The notes under the pieces were generated by a model. That model worked only from the letters and a program-made list of their open reading frames with translations, did no database searches and was not told where the DNA came from. Made by a program: the position numbers and the translations under genes. Of a stretch of DNA of 38,278 bases, positions 1 through 9,289 are shown in pieces. The DNA comes from an uncultured Alphaproteobacteria bacterium (GTDB lineage Bacteria > Pseudomonadota > Alphaproteobacteria > Rickettsiales > UBA1997): contig CAIQBQ010000101.1 of NCBI GenBank assembly GCA_903870105.1, forward strand, positions 1 to 38,278, in the 5' to 3' direction. The stretch's first letter is position 1. Each line of letters opens with the position of its first letter.

Positions 1-1006
1 CATGATCTTCTGCACCTTTTTTAGCTTCAGCATCTACAAAAGATTGTACCATTCCTAGAGCTAATTGCGCTTCATGATCTTCTGCACCTTTTTTAGCTTC
101 AGCATCTGCCAAAGATTGTGCCATTCCTAGAGCTAATTGCAATTCATCATCTTCTGCAACTCTTCTAGCTTCAGCATCTGCCAAAGATTGTGCCATTGCT
201 GCCTTAGATTTTGCCATTTTAGCTTCAGCATCTTCCAAAGATTTTACCATTGCCGCCTTGGCTTCTGGTGTTAACCTCCTCTGTTCTCGTGATGAAGAGA
301 AGGAGGAGAAGGAAGGGTCGGCGTTACGCTGTATATAATTGTACTCTTCAATACGGCCTATTAAAGAATCCAGTGTTGATAAATTTGATTTATAATCACT
401 ATATTTTTCTGAAGCTCTTTGGTCAAAGGGTCGCATTACATCTAAGGAACTTTTCAGTTCAGTAAAATCATCAATATTACCTCTATCCGCAAGTTGCCTC
501 AACACAGGTAACTGCGCTAGAGCGGCGGATTTTTCACTATTAGGAAAAAAACCCACTCGATGAGTCTCTAAGGAACCTACTACCGCTTCTATTGTTATCT
601 TCAGCATTTTTTTTATTCTTTCAGGCTGGGCTCCCTCTGGGATTGTGATGCTAAAATGGTTTAATGATTCCCCAGTTTTTTCTGATGCTGCTCGACTTAA
701 AAGTTCATTTTCAGAGCCGACCCTCTCTTCCTGCATGATTTTTATACAAGTTTGAAATGCAGCTACATTTGTCTCTGCGGAAGATAGGGGACTGTTGCAA
801 TCCATATAACCGCCCTCCGCTATTGGCTTGAAAGCTTCACGCCATTTTTCCTTCCCAAATTGAGTTGTTATAACCTCCATAACAGCGACATTTAGATCAT
901 GAAACTCTTGTGTCTGTGTCGTACGTGTTGGCATTTCTTTTATACCAAGATCTTTTCCTAAAAGGGCTAAATTATAATATGGAAATTCAAGCATTGTCAT
1001 TTTCAT
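1..1006 (-). CDS. Hypothetical protein, N-terminal 335 codons only (continues past the left edge). It has an unrecognised ~250-aa region, a Ser-rich linker and 24-aa tandem repeats. Candidate secreted or eukaryote-like-motif protein.
   Basis: It is absent from the supplied ORF track because there is no stop codon inside the window. I checked every minus-strand codon from ATG 1006-1004 down to position 2 and found no TAA, TAG or TGA. An in-frame stop lies upstream at 1027-1025. AGGAG (1015-1011 on the minus strand) sits 4 nt before the ATG. The translation begins MKMTMLEFPYYNLALLGKDLGIKEMPTRTTQ and ends ...PSFSSFSSSREQRRLTPEAKAAMVKSLEDAEAKMAKSKAAMAQSLADAEARRVAEDDELQLALGMAQSLADAEAKKGAEDHEAQLALGMVQSFVDAEAKKGAEDH. 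I recognise no family for the N-terminal part. Confidence 0.7.
   Translation of the reverse strand, partial: MKMTMLEFPYYNLALLGKDLGIKEMPTRTTQTQEFHDLNVAVMEVITTQFGKEKWREAFKPIAEGGYMDCNSPLSSAETNVAAFQTCIKIMQEERVGSENELLSRAASEKTGESLNHFSITIPEGAQPERIKKMLKITIEAVVGSLETHRVGFFPNSEKSAALAQLPVLRQLADRGNIDDFTELKSSLDVMRPFDQRASEKYSDYKSNLSTLDSLIGRIEEYNYIQRNADPSFSSFSSSREQRRLTPEAKAAMVKSLEDAEAKMAKSKAAMAQSLADAEARRVAEDDELQLALGMAQSLADAEAKKGAEDHEAQLALGMVQSFVDAEAKKGAEDH
2..256 (-). repeat. In-frame 72-nt (24-aa) tandem repeat array inside the left-edge ORF: two full near-identical units, degenerate flanking units, and truncation by the window edge.
   Basis: Positions 1-72 and 73-144 differ at 5 of 72 positions by my count. 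Positions 145-200 match for about 54 nt and then diverge. The units encode AEDHEAQLALGMVQSFVDAEAKKG (14-85) and AEDDELQLALGMAQSLADAEAKKG (86-157), with degenerate M(A/V)(Q/K)SL(A/E)DAEA(K/R) units at 158-256. Confidence 0.9.
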
Positions 1007-1480
1007 AGAGCTCCTGTTTTTAATTAATCAAAAATGCAAATTGATATTTTTTGTCTAAAGTAAGTCAAATCTATAAACAAATTTAAGATGAAAAATCTGC
1101 TATTTGTCCATTAGAGAGACATTGCAAATCTAACTTCCAAAAAATTCAGGAGTCGAATTTTTTAGTTTCAAAATTCTGAGCTAATTTTGATTAATTTATT
1201 GTGACTTTTTGCTATTTTGTTGCTTTTCGTTCTAGGTTGGCACGCCTTTCTTTTGTTAAGGTTGTGAGTAGTGGTGGGGATTTAAATTTGAGTGATGAGT
1301 TTTAAAATTCTTCGGCAAGTAAGATAAGTTTTGAGTCGGAGTTTTATTATAACTTTTCTAATCCGATTTTAGTTTTGCATAAATCTCGCAGGGTTAGAAG
1401 TTTAGTAAACTTGACTCTGCGGGACTAAGTCGCCTAGGTAAATCATCTCCATTTGTTTTTCATCACTAAGAATGAAAGCA

Positions 1481-1515
1481 AGGCGACAATCCAGAATAAG
1501 AATGGATTGTCGCCT
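1481..1515 (-). terminator. Perfect 13-bp stem / 9-nt loop hairpin about 70 nt downstream of the uvrA stop. Candidate uvrA terminator or palindromic repeat element.
   Basis: aggcgacaatcca (1481-1493) pairs perfectly with tggattgtcgcct (1503-1515). The loop is gaataagaa. On the minus strand it is followed by a moderately T-rich tract (tgctttcattctt). An adjacent 10-nt palindrome gcctcgaggc lies at 1512-1521. Confidence 0.45.
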
Positions 1516-1581
1516 CGAGGCGCTCTTAATGAAGAAGTTTTGCCCGGATAACAAAATGAAGCGTCGAGAAAGTTTAAATAT

Positions 1582-4446
1582 CTAGGCTTTCAGAGTTTTC
1601 GCCAAATATTTTCCAGTTACTGATTTTTTATTCTTCGCGATTTCTTCTGGAGTACCTTCGGCCACAATGTAGCCACCTTTTTCGCCACCACATGGGCCGA
1701 TGTCGACGATGTGATCTGCGGTTTTTAGAACGTCGAGATTATGCTCAATTACAAGAATTGAATTTCCGGCGTCGACTAGTTTGTGAAGCACTCTCAAGAG
1801 TTTGCTGATATCTTCAAAATGCAGACCAGTTGTCGGTTCGTCGAGGATGTATAAAGTATCTCCCGTCGCTTTTTTACTCAATTCTTTCGCTAGTTTAATT
1901 CTTTGCGCTTCGCCACCAGAAAGCGTTGTAGCGCTTTGTCCGATGCGGATGTAATTGAGGCCAACATCACAAAGTGCTTTAAATTTTTCGTAGATGTGAG
2001 GCATTCCATTGAAGAAGTCAGAGGCGTCTTCTGCGGTCATTTCAAGCACGTCAGAAATTGATTTATCTTTATATTTAATTTCCAAAGTTTCGCGGTTGTA
2101 GCGCTTGCCATGACAAGTTTCGCAACGCACATAAACGTCGGGAAGGAAATGCATTTCGATCTTGATTAAGCCATCGCCTTGACAGGTTTCGCAGCGGCCA
2201 CCTTTAACGTTAAATGAAAATCTTCCAACCTTGTAGCCACGAGCTTTTGACTCTGGTAAGTCGGTGTAAAATTCACGAATGAAGGTGAAGGCTCCGACGT
2301 AAGTACAAGGGTTAGAGCGTGGAGTGCGACCTATTGGCGATTGGTCGATTTCAATTATTTTGTCGATGAAATGGTGGCCAGAAATTCCAGTGTAAGGACC
2401 AGGAAAAACTTTTGCTTTGTTCAAGATTTTATCCAGCGCTGGGTAGAGAGTTTTAATGATTAAACTCGATTTTCCGCCACCAGAAATTCCCGAAATTGCG
2501 GTAAAAATTCTTAGTGGAAGATTCAGGGTAATATCCTTGAGGTTGTTTAGCGTAGCGCCTCTCAAGTTGATCATTCTTTTCGGATCAATTTTACGACGTT
2601 TGATTGGAATTTCGATTTTCTTTTTGCCGCTCAAATATTGACCAGTAATACTATTTGGATCATTGATTACGAAATCAGGTAAGCCGGCAGAAATAATTTC
2701 ACCACCGTGAATTCCTGCGCCAGGACCAACGTCGATTAAGTATTCTGCTTCGCGCATCATTTCTTCATCATGCTCAACAACGATTACCGAATTTCCTAAG
2801 TCGCGAAGATTTTTTAGTGTTGCGATCAGTTTGTCATTATCAGATTGATGCAGGCCAATAGAGGGCTCATCAAGTACGTAAATCACGCCAGAAAGTCCTG
2901 ATCCGATTTGTGAGGCGAGACGAATTCTTTGTGCTTCACCGCCAGATAAAGTTCCGGCTTCACGATTTACCGTCAAATATTCGAGACCAACATTACGCAA
3001 GAAACCCAGGCGGCGCGTAATCTCTTTAAGTAATCTTTCGGCGATTTGGTTTTGAGTCGAAGTAAGTTTTTTTGGTAAATTTTCAAACCAATCAACAGTA
3101 CCTTCGATTGAAAGTTTGCTTAATTCGCCAACGTGAATTCCATCAATTTTAACAGCAAGAGATTGCTCGTTAAGCCTGTAGCCGTGACATTTATCGCAAG
3201 TTCGCGACGCTTGGAATTTAGTTAATTCTTCTTGAAGCGACTCGCTTTCGCTTTCCAAATATCTTTTTTTCAAGCTGTTAACAACACCTTCAAAAGATTT
3301 TTTAACTTTGATCGCTTTTAGGCCGTCTTCGATTTTAATTTCGACTTCGTCTTCGCCTGTTCCGTAAAAAATTTTCTCTTTGATTTCGTTGGGAAGAGTT
3401 TTGAAAGGAACATCGAGACTAAAATTATAGTGCAGCGACATTGCTGCTAGAACTTGTTGGTAGAAGCGCTCTTGCACACCTTGCCAAACATTAATTGCGC
3501 CTTGACGAAGCGTTAGATTTTCATCTTCAACAACAAGATCTGAGCTAAAATACATCTCAGTTCCAAGTCCGTTACAATGCTTACAAGCACCGAATGGAGA
3601 GTTAAAAGAAAAGAGGCGAGGCTCGATTTCAGGAATCGTAAAACCAGAAACTGGGCAAGAAAATTTTTCGCTAAAAATAATATAATCACCAACTTTGTGC
3701 TTGGTTTTTGCGCCTTCTGGAAGGCTAACGATTTCAACATAGAGTAAACCATCAGAAGCTTTTAATGCAGTCTCAACCGAGTCAGCAAGCCTATTGCCTA
3801 GATCTTCAGACATTACAACGCGATCAACAATAATGTCGATGTCGTGTTTTTTATTCTTGTCGAGCGGGGGAAGAATTTCGTTTAGATCGTGAACATTTCC
3901 ATCAACTTTAATGCGCTGAAAACCTTGTTTACGCGCGCTCATCATTTCTTTTCTGAACTCACCTTTTTGGCCGCGAACGATTGGCGCAAGGATGTAAATA
4001 CGAGTTTTTTTTGGCAAATCCAAAATTTTATCGACCATGATCGAAGCAGACTGACTCTCGATTGGCTTGCCTGTTTCTGGTGAAAATGGAGTTCCAATTC
4101 TTGCAAATAAAAGACGGAAGTGATCGTAAATTTCGGTAACAGTTCCAACGGTAGAGCGTGGATTGCGTGAAGTAGTTTTTTGATCAATAGCAATCGAAGG
4201 AGAAAGGCCGGTTATTGATTCAACATCGGGCTTGTCTTGCATGTCGAGGAATTGACGCGCGTAAGCAGAAAGACTTTCAATAAAGCGGCGTTGACCTTCG
4301 GCATAAACTGTGTCGAAAACTAAAGAGGATTTTCCTGAGCCAGAGAGACCAGTAACTACAACGAGTTGGTTCTTAGGAATTTCGATGCTGACATTTTTAA
4401 GATTATGCTCTTTGGCGCCAACGACTTTAATGAATTGTTCTTCCAT
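1582..4446 (-). CDS. uvrA: Excinuclease ABC subunit A (UvrA)
   Basis: There are two ABC ATPase modules, with P-loops GLSGSGKSS and GISGGGKSS and the LSGGEAQR signature twice. Cys-pair zinc modules are present (CDKCHG, CETCQG, CETCHG). The preferred start is ATG 4446 ([18 protein letters not shown]), the usual UvrA N-terminus. The track ORF extends 35 more codons to 4551. Confidence 0.95.
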   Translation of the reverse strand: MEEQFIKVVGAKEHNLKNVSIEIPKNQLVVVTGLSGSGKSSLVFDTVYAEGQRRFIESLSAYARQFLDMQDKPDVESITGLSPSIAIDQKTTSRNPRSTVGTVTEIYDHFRLLFARIGTPFSPETGKPIESQSASIMVDKILDLPKKTRIYILAPIVRGQKGEFRKEMMSARKQGFQRIKVDGNVHDLNEILPPLDKNKKHDIDIIVDRVVMSEDLGNRLADSVETALKASDGLLYVEIVSLPEGAKTKHKVGDYIIFSEKFSCPVSGFTIPEIEPRLFSFNSPFGACKHCNGLGTEMYFSSDLVVEDENLTLRQGAINVWQGVQERFYQQVLAAMSLHYNFSLDVPFKTLPNEIKEKIFYGTGEDEVEIKIEDGLKAIKVKKSFEGVVNSLKKRYLESESESLQEELTKFQASRTCDKCHGYRLNEQSLAVKIDGIHVGELSKLSIEGTVDWFENLPKKLTSTQNQIAERLLKEITRRLGFLRNVGLEYLTVNREAGTLSGGEAQRIRLASQIGSGLSGVIYVLDEPSIGLHQSDNDKLIATLKNLRDLGNSVIVVEHDEEMMREAEYLIDVGPGAGIHGGEIISAGLPDFVINDPNSITGQYLSGKKKIEIPIKRRKIDPKRMINLRGATLNNLKDITLNLPLRIFTAISGISGGGKSSLIIKTLYPALDKILNKAKVFPGPYTGISGHHFIDKIIEIDQSPIGRTPRSNPCTYVGAFTFIREFYTDLPESKARGYKVGRFSFNVKGGRCETCQGDGLIKIEMHFLPDVYVRCETCHGKRYNRETLEIKYKDKSISDVLEMTAEDASDFFNGMPHIYEKFKALCDVGLNYIRIGQSATTLSGGEAQRIKLAKELSKKATGDTLYILDEPTTGLHFEDISKLLRVLHKLVDAGNSILVIEHNLDVLKTADHIVDIGPCGGEKGGYIVAEGTPEEIAKNKKSVTGKYLAKTLKA

Positions 4447-4780
4447 GGAATTTTGTGTAAATGAGAGCTTAGAGAATTTTTGAAAAAGACTTAGAGTAGT
4501 ATCTTTAAGAAAGCAAAAAACCCGCCGCAAAATTTCTTTTACGACGGGCACCTAATTGCTGATTAGGCTGCGCAAGAAGTTATCGCTTGGATAAACCCCT
4601 TGTCTGTTCTTCGAACGTTTAAGTCAAAGTAGAAACTACTGACAACGTAAGGAAAACAATCAGTGGAATGAATACCATGATATGCCCTTGATGTTTAGTA
4701 GTTAATAAGACAAGAAGCTCATCACGAAATTAGGTTTAAAAAAACCTAGTTAAGCGAGACCTCAAGACACGTGACTAGGT

Positions 4781-5761
4781 CTATTTCAAGGCTTTAGTCA
4801 CCTCACCCCGCACTTTTTTGATTTCCAAATCAGTTAACGGAATAAGACCTTTTTGCAAAAGATATCCATCTTTACCGACGGTATTTTTGCTAATGATTTC
4901 TCGGATAAATTCCTTCATACCAGGAACCAGATTAAGATGTTCTTTTTTGAAATAGATGAAGAGAGGTCGAGAAATTGGATAAGTTCCTGAAACAATAGAT
5001 TCAAAACTTGGTGTCACACCATCGATATGTGCGGCTTTAATTATTTCATGATTTTCTTCAAGGAAAGAGAAGCCAAAAATTCCCAAAGCATCAGCATCAT
5101 GAGTTAATTTTTGAACGATAAGATTATCGTTTTCACCAGCTTCAATGAAGTGACCGTCACTTCGCATCACCCCACATTTTTTCTTGGAAAGTTTTGTTAA
5201 TTTTTGACAAGGCTCCTCCATTACTAATTCAACAAAAGCATCACGAGTGCCTGAAGTTGTAGGTGGGCCGTAAATTACAATTTTGGTGTTGGGAAGTGAG
5301 GGATCGATCTCATTCCATTTTTGGTAAGTGCTTCCTTCTCTTAGAGCGAGGAAAATTTGTTCTTTAGTTAAGTTGAATTTTTTGCCACTGCTGAGATTGG
5401 CGAGGACGATTCCGTCGTAACCAATTTTAATTTCGACGATTTGCTTCACGCCATTTTCGGCACATTTAGCGATTTCACTTTTTTGGATATGACGCGATGC
5501 GTTGGAAAAATCAGGGTAATCATAACCAATTCCTGAGCAAAATAATTTAAAGCCACCACCAGTGCCGGTTGATTCAATTATTGGAGTTCTGAATTCCGTG
5601 TCTCGACCAAAAGTTTCGGCGATTACTGCGGTGAATGGGTAAACGGTTGAAGAGCCGACAACTTGAATATGTTTTCTTTCTACCGATTTGAATAATTCAA
5701 AAGAGAAAGAATCGCTGACAAAAAATGTGGCTAGAAGCGCAAAAGAAGAGAGTCGTAACAT
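4781..5761 (-). CDS. pstS: Phosphate ABC transporter substrate-binding protein, PstS family
   Basis: The N-terminus is signal-peptide-like (MLRLSSFALLATFFVSDSFS). PstS-type motifs GSSTVYPF, TGTGGG and TSGTRDAF are present. No pstCAB genes are adjacent in this window. Confidence 0.8.
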   Translation of the reverse strand: MLRLSSFALLATFFVSDSFSFELFKSVERKHIQVVGSSTVYPFTAVIAETFGRDTEFRTPIIESTGTGGGFKLFCSGIGYDYPDFSNASRHIQKSEIAKCAENGVKQIVEIKIGYDGIVLANLSSGKKFNLTKEQIFLALREGSTYQKWNEIDPSLPNTKIVIYGPPTTSGTRDAFVELVMEEPCQKLTKLSKKKCGVMRSDGHFIEAGENDNLIVQKLTHDADALGIFGFSFLEENHEIIKAAHIDGVTPSFESIVSGTYPISRPLFIYFKKEHLNLVPGMKEFIREIISKNTVGKDGYLLQKGLIPLTDLEIKKVRGEVTKALK

Positions 5762-6029
5762 GAACCGTTAAATTAATTTGCTCAGAAGACGGCTGCATCA
5801 CGTAAAAAATGTCAGGGCAGGGTTAGAATTTTCTTCCAAAAGTCAAGTCGTGGGTGTTGAAGTTTTTTTGGATTACAATTTATCAACTGGATAATGCTTA
5901 CAATTAAGGTAATCATTAACTGCATCGTCCCTACAAAGGAGATAATCTAGGAATAATAAACAGATCGCGAGTTGCATTCCAAGAACCCAAAAATAGCTTA
6001 AAATTTCTTCAAATACTCAATCCAAAATA

Positions 6030-8318
6030 ATGCTAAGAATCCCTACAAAAACATTACCGTTTCTTGTCGCGTTTTTTTTAGCGTTTGATGTTTTTGCTGC
6101 GGATAAAAGCTTGTTAATCCAAGGAAATGAAAGAGTTGATGAGGAGACGATTATTTCCATTATTGACGTTTCTGGGTTGAAAAAAAACTCAGCGAAAGCC
6201 TTGCAGGAATCAGTAAAAAAACTTTATGAATCTGATCTTTTTCTTGAGTCAAAAATTTATCGTCAAAATGGTCAGATTGTTGTCGAGGTGCGTGAAAATC
6301 CGCTAATTTCTGATGTGAAATTTGTTGGCAATAAAAAGATCGAAGATGAGGCGCTGCAAAGCGAAATTACTTCAAAAAAACGCACAGTATTTACTAAGGC
6401 CAAGCTGCAAAATGATTTAAAACGTATTAATGAAATCTACCTCAAGAGCGGGCGTTTCCTAACCAAGATCGATCCCAAAATTATTCAAAAAGATCAAAAT
6501 CGTGTTGAATTAATTTTTGAAATTTTCGAAGGGCCAAAAGCAAAAATTGGTAAAATTTATTTCGTTGGAAACACCGAATTCTCTGATCGTGAGCTGATGG
6601 ATGAAGTTTCGACCAAAGAATCTAAATGGTGGAAATTTCTCTCATCAAGCGACTCTTACGATTCTGATCGCATTGAATTTGATCGCGAAAAATTGCGTCG
6701 TTTTTATGGCTCTAATGGTTACGCCGATTTTTCGATGATTTCTTCAACCGCCCAAATCACGCCACAAAAAGATGAATTTTTTGTCACATTTTTACTAGAA
6801 GAAGGAATCCAATATCGCGTCGGCGAGACCAATATTATCAATAATATCGATAAGTTTGATGCCTCAATTTTGAACAAAGAAATCCTTGTTAAAACTGGAA
6901 AGATCTACGACGCAGATTTAATCGAAAAAACCGTCGATAAAATGGTGGAAGTAATGTCTGAAAAATCTTACGCCTTCGCTCACGTTGAGCCAATTTTGAA
7001 GCGCAATCGGGAAGGAAAAATAATGGATGTCGATTTTGTTCTGCAACAAACGCCGCGCATTTACATAGAGCAAATTCGTATCTTAGGAAATACGCGCACA
7101 ATGGATTCTGTCATCCGTCGTGAACTGCGTTTTCGTGAAGGCGATGCTTACAATGTAACAAAAATTAATCGCTCAAAACAGCGCCTCGAAAATCTTGGAT
7201 TTTTTGAAAAAGTTGAATTCAAAACCAAAAGAATTGGCGAGACAGATAAGATTGATTTGGAAATTGAAGTGAAGGAAAAAAAGACTGGAGAGCTTACTCT
7301 CGGCGTAGGTTACTCAACGGTTGATAAGGTTAGCGCTAATGTTGGAATCAAGGAAAGAAATTTATTTGGCACCGGACAAGAGCTTGGCTTCAACGTGCAA
7401 AAATCTTTCGCACGCATGAGTTCCGAAGTGAATTATACCAAGCCATATTTCATGAATTTGCCTATCGATGTTGGTTTCGATATTTTTAAATATGAGCTAA
7501 ATAAACGAAACTCATTGATCTATGATCAGACCTCAACAGGCGTAACCTTTCGTGGCGATTACATGGTTACCGAATTTTTAAATCACCAGCTGCGCTATTC
7601 TTATTCTGAGCAGACAGTCAGCAATATTTACAGCGGCGCATCACTGAGTTTGAGAATGTTGGAAGGAAGCTATACCAGCTCAGGAGTTGGTCAGACTCTC
7701 GTTTACGATAAAAGAGATAATCGCCTTAATCCAAAAGATGGTTACTACGCCTCGATTTCGCAAGATTACGCAGGCATTGGAGGCAATATCAAAACCATTA
7801 AACACGAAGGTTCTGCAGGATATTATGTTCCAACAGTGAGTAAGGATTTTATTTTAAAATTTATGGCGCGCGGCGGCGTGATTGAAGGAATGGGTGGCCA
7901 AAGTGTGCGCAGTAACTACGGTTTCTTTTTGGGAGGAAATAATTTTCGCGGTTTCCAATATGCTGGGCTTGGTCCGCGTGTTCAGGATAATTCTGGAAAT
8001 TCGGTTGGTAATGGTGTGCTCGGTGGTAAAATTTATTACGTCGGAACTGCGGAGTTCCTTTTTCCTCTGGGGCTGCCGCGCGAACTAGGAATTAACGGAA
8101 TTTTATTCTCTGACAATGGAACGGTAAAAGGTGTTGACCAACAATCGCGTGCCGGCGCTAATATTTCTGATTCTGGTTCAATTCGCTCTTCTTACGGATT
8201 CAGTCTTGCATGGTCTTCACCTCTCGGCCCAATTCGTCTCGATTTTTCTAAGATTGCAAAGAGAGAGAAATATGACCAAACCCAAACTTTCCGATTTAGT
8301 TTTGGAACCAATTTTTAG
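6030..8318 (+). CDS. bamA: Outer membrane protein assembly factor BamA (Omp85 family)
   Basis: The protein is 762 aa with a signal peptide (MLRIPTKTLPFLVAFFLAFDVFA). It has repeated POTRA-like N-terminal modules and a C-terminal beta-barrel ending in FRFSFGTNF, with a terminal Phe. Confidence 0.92.
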   Translation: MLRIPTKTLPFLVAFFLAFDVFAADKSLLIQGNERVDEETIISIIDVSGLKKNSAKALQESVKKLYESDLFLESKIYRQNGQIVVEVRENPLISDVKFVGNKKIEDEALQSEITSKKRTVFTKAKLQNDLKRINEIYLKSGRFLTKIDPKIIQKDQNRVELIFEIFEGPKAKIGKIYFVGNTEFSDRELMDEVSTKESKWWKFLSSSDSYDSDRIEFDREKLRRFYGSNGYADFSMISSTAQITPQKDEFFVTFLLEEGIQYRVGETNIINNIDKFDASILNKEILVKTGKIYDADLIEKTVDKMVEVMSEKSYAFAHVEPILKRNREGKIMDVDFVLQQTPRIYIEQIRILGNTRTMDSVIRRELRFREGDAYNVTKINRSKQRLENLGFFEKVEFKTKRIGETDKIDLEIEVKEKKTGELTLGVGYSTVDKVSANVGIKERNLFGTGQELGFNVQKSFARMSSEVNYTKPYFMNLPIDVGFDIFKYELNKRNSLIYDQTSTGVTFRGDYMVTEFLNHQLRYSYSEQTVSNIYSGASLSLRMLEGSYTSSGVGQTLVYDKRDNRLNPKDGYYASISQDYAGIGGNIKTIKHEGSAGYYVPTVSKDFILKFMARGGVIEGMGGQSVRSNYGFFLGGNNFRGFQYAGLGPRVQDNSGNSVGNGVLGGKIYYVGTAEFLFPLGLPRELGINGILFSDNGTVKGVDQQSRAGANISDSGSIRSSYGFSLAWSSPLGPIRLDFSKIAKREKYDQTQTFRFSFGTNF

Positions 8319-9289
8319 TGTCAAATATGATCCGTTTATTCCAGCTTCCAGCCTACTTCCAACAAAAAGTTTCATCTCTTAGTGAGGTCGAAAATTTTAA
8401 CGAGATCAGAAAAAAAATTTCTTGGATAGATTTGCAAGATCCAACGCCAGCACAGATTCGTGAGGTTGAAGAATTTTACGGAATAAGTTTTCCAACACGT
8501 CAGCAACAAGAAGAAATTGAAATATCTTCGCGCTATTTGGAGAGTTCTGGAATAATAAAAATTAACTCCACTTTTGTTAATATTATTCCACATACCGGCA
8601 AGTTGGATGAGCAGGAAATGTCATTCATCATTACCGAAGAAACCCTCTTCACTCTGCGCTATTTTGATAGCCGAGTGATTTCAGATGTGGTGAAAAAAAT
8701 TAAACAATCGCCGCTGAATTTTGTGAATCCGTCAAAAATTTTCGTTTCTATTCTTGAAGCGCGTACAGATTTTGACGCTGATTTAATGGAATCTGTTTCG
8801 AAATATGTAGCCGATATCGGGCGCAAAGTTACCTACGACAAAAATCTCGACGAGAAAATGTTGCTCAAAATTAGTGAGTGCCAAGAGCTTACAATGTCGC
8901 TTCGAGAAGCTCTGTTTGACAAGCAGCGCGTACTTTCATCTTTGCTAAGAAATGAAGACTTAATGGTCGAAAGTTATAATCGTTTACGCATTGTTATTAA
9001 AGACATCAACTCCCTGATAGAGCATGCAAATTTCAATTTTACGCGCCTTGAATATCTGCAAAATTCCTTTCTTGGTTTGCTGAATATTGAACAAAATAAA
9101 GTGATCAAAACTTTCACCGTTGTTTCTCTAGTTTTTATGCCACCAACATTGATCGCTAGTATTTACGGAATGAACTTTCACCTAATGCCAGAGCTTGCTT
9201 GGGGCATTGGCTATCCAATCGCTTTATGCCTAATGCTGATTTCTTCAGTGATTCCGCTCGCGATTTTTAAACGCAAAAAGTGGCTCTAA
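8318..9289 (+). CDS. corA: CorA-family magnesium/cobalt transporter
   Basis: A YGMNF (GMN) motif lies ahead of the last of two C-terminal TM helices, and the tail is basic (FKRKKWL). The GTG start at 8318 overlaps the bamA stop by 1 nt. An alternative ATG lies at 8327. Confidence 0.85.
   Translation: MSNMIRLFQLPAYFQQKVSSLSEVENFNEIRKKISWIDLQDPTPAQIREVEEFYGISFPTRQQQEEIEISSRYLESSGIIKINSTFVNIIPHTGKLDEQEMSFIITEETLFTLRYFDSRVISDVVKKIKQSPLNFVNPSKIFVSILEARTDFDADLMESVSKYVADIGRKVTYDKNLDEKMLLKISECQELTMSLREALFDKQRVLSSLLRNEDLMVESYNRLRIVIKDINSLIEHANFNFTRLEYLQNSFLGLLNIEQNKVIKTFTVVSLVFMPPTLIASIYGMNFHLMPELAWGIGYPIALCLMLISSVIPLAIFKRKKWL

Noticed and set aside
250-465. The 71-aa plus-strand ORF (MPPWLLVLTSS...RRRRRKGRRY) listed in the track.
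   Set aside because: It lies entirely inside, and antisense to, the 335-codon minus-strand ORF that has an RBS and coherent repeat structure. Its sequence is low complexity, and it is a shadow frame.
4447-4551. N-terminal extensions of track ORFs: uvrA 4447-4551, the OmpA-like gene 15300-15395, the PEGA lipoprotein 13471-13539, ppiD 26984-27022 and tmk 30369-30401.
   Set aside because: Internal ATGs give canonical N-termini (the UvrA MEEQFIKV.. start, lipoprotein signal peptides, the Tmk P-loop start). They also remove implausible overlaps with neighbouring genes.
5794-5816. A possible Pho box upstream of pstS (ctgcatca...atgtcag).
   Set aside because: There is only one reasonable TGTCA half-site. 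The second repeat at the required 11-bp spacing is not present.
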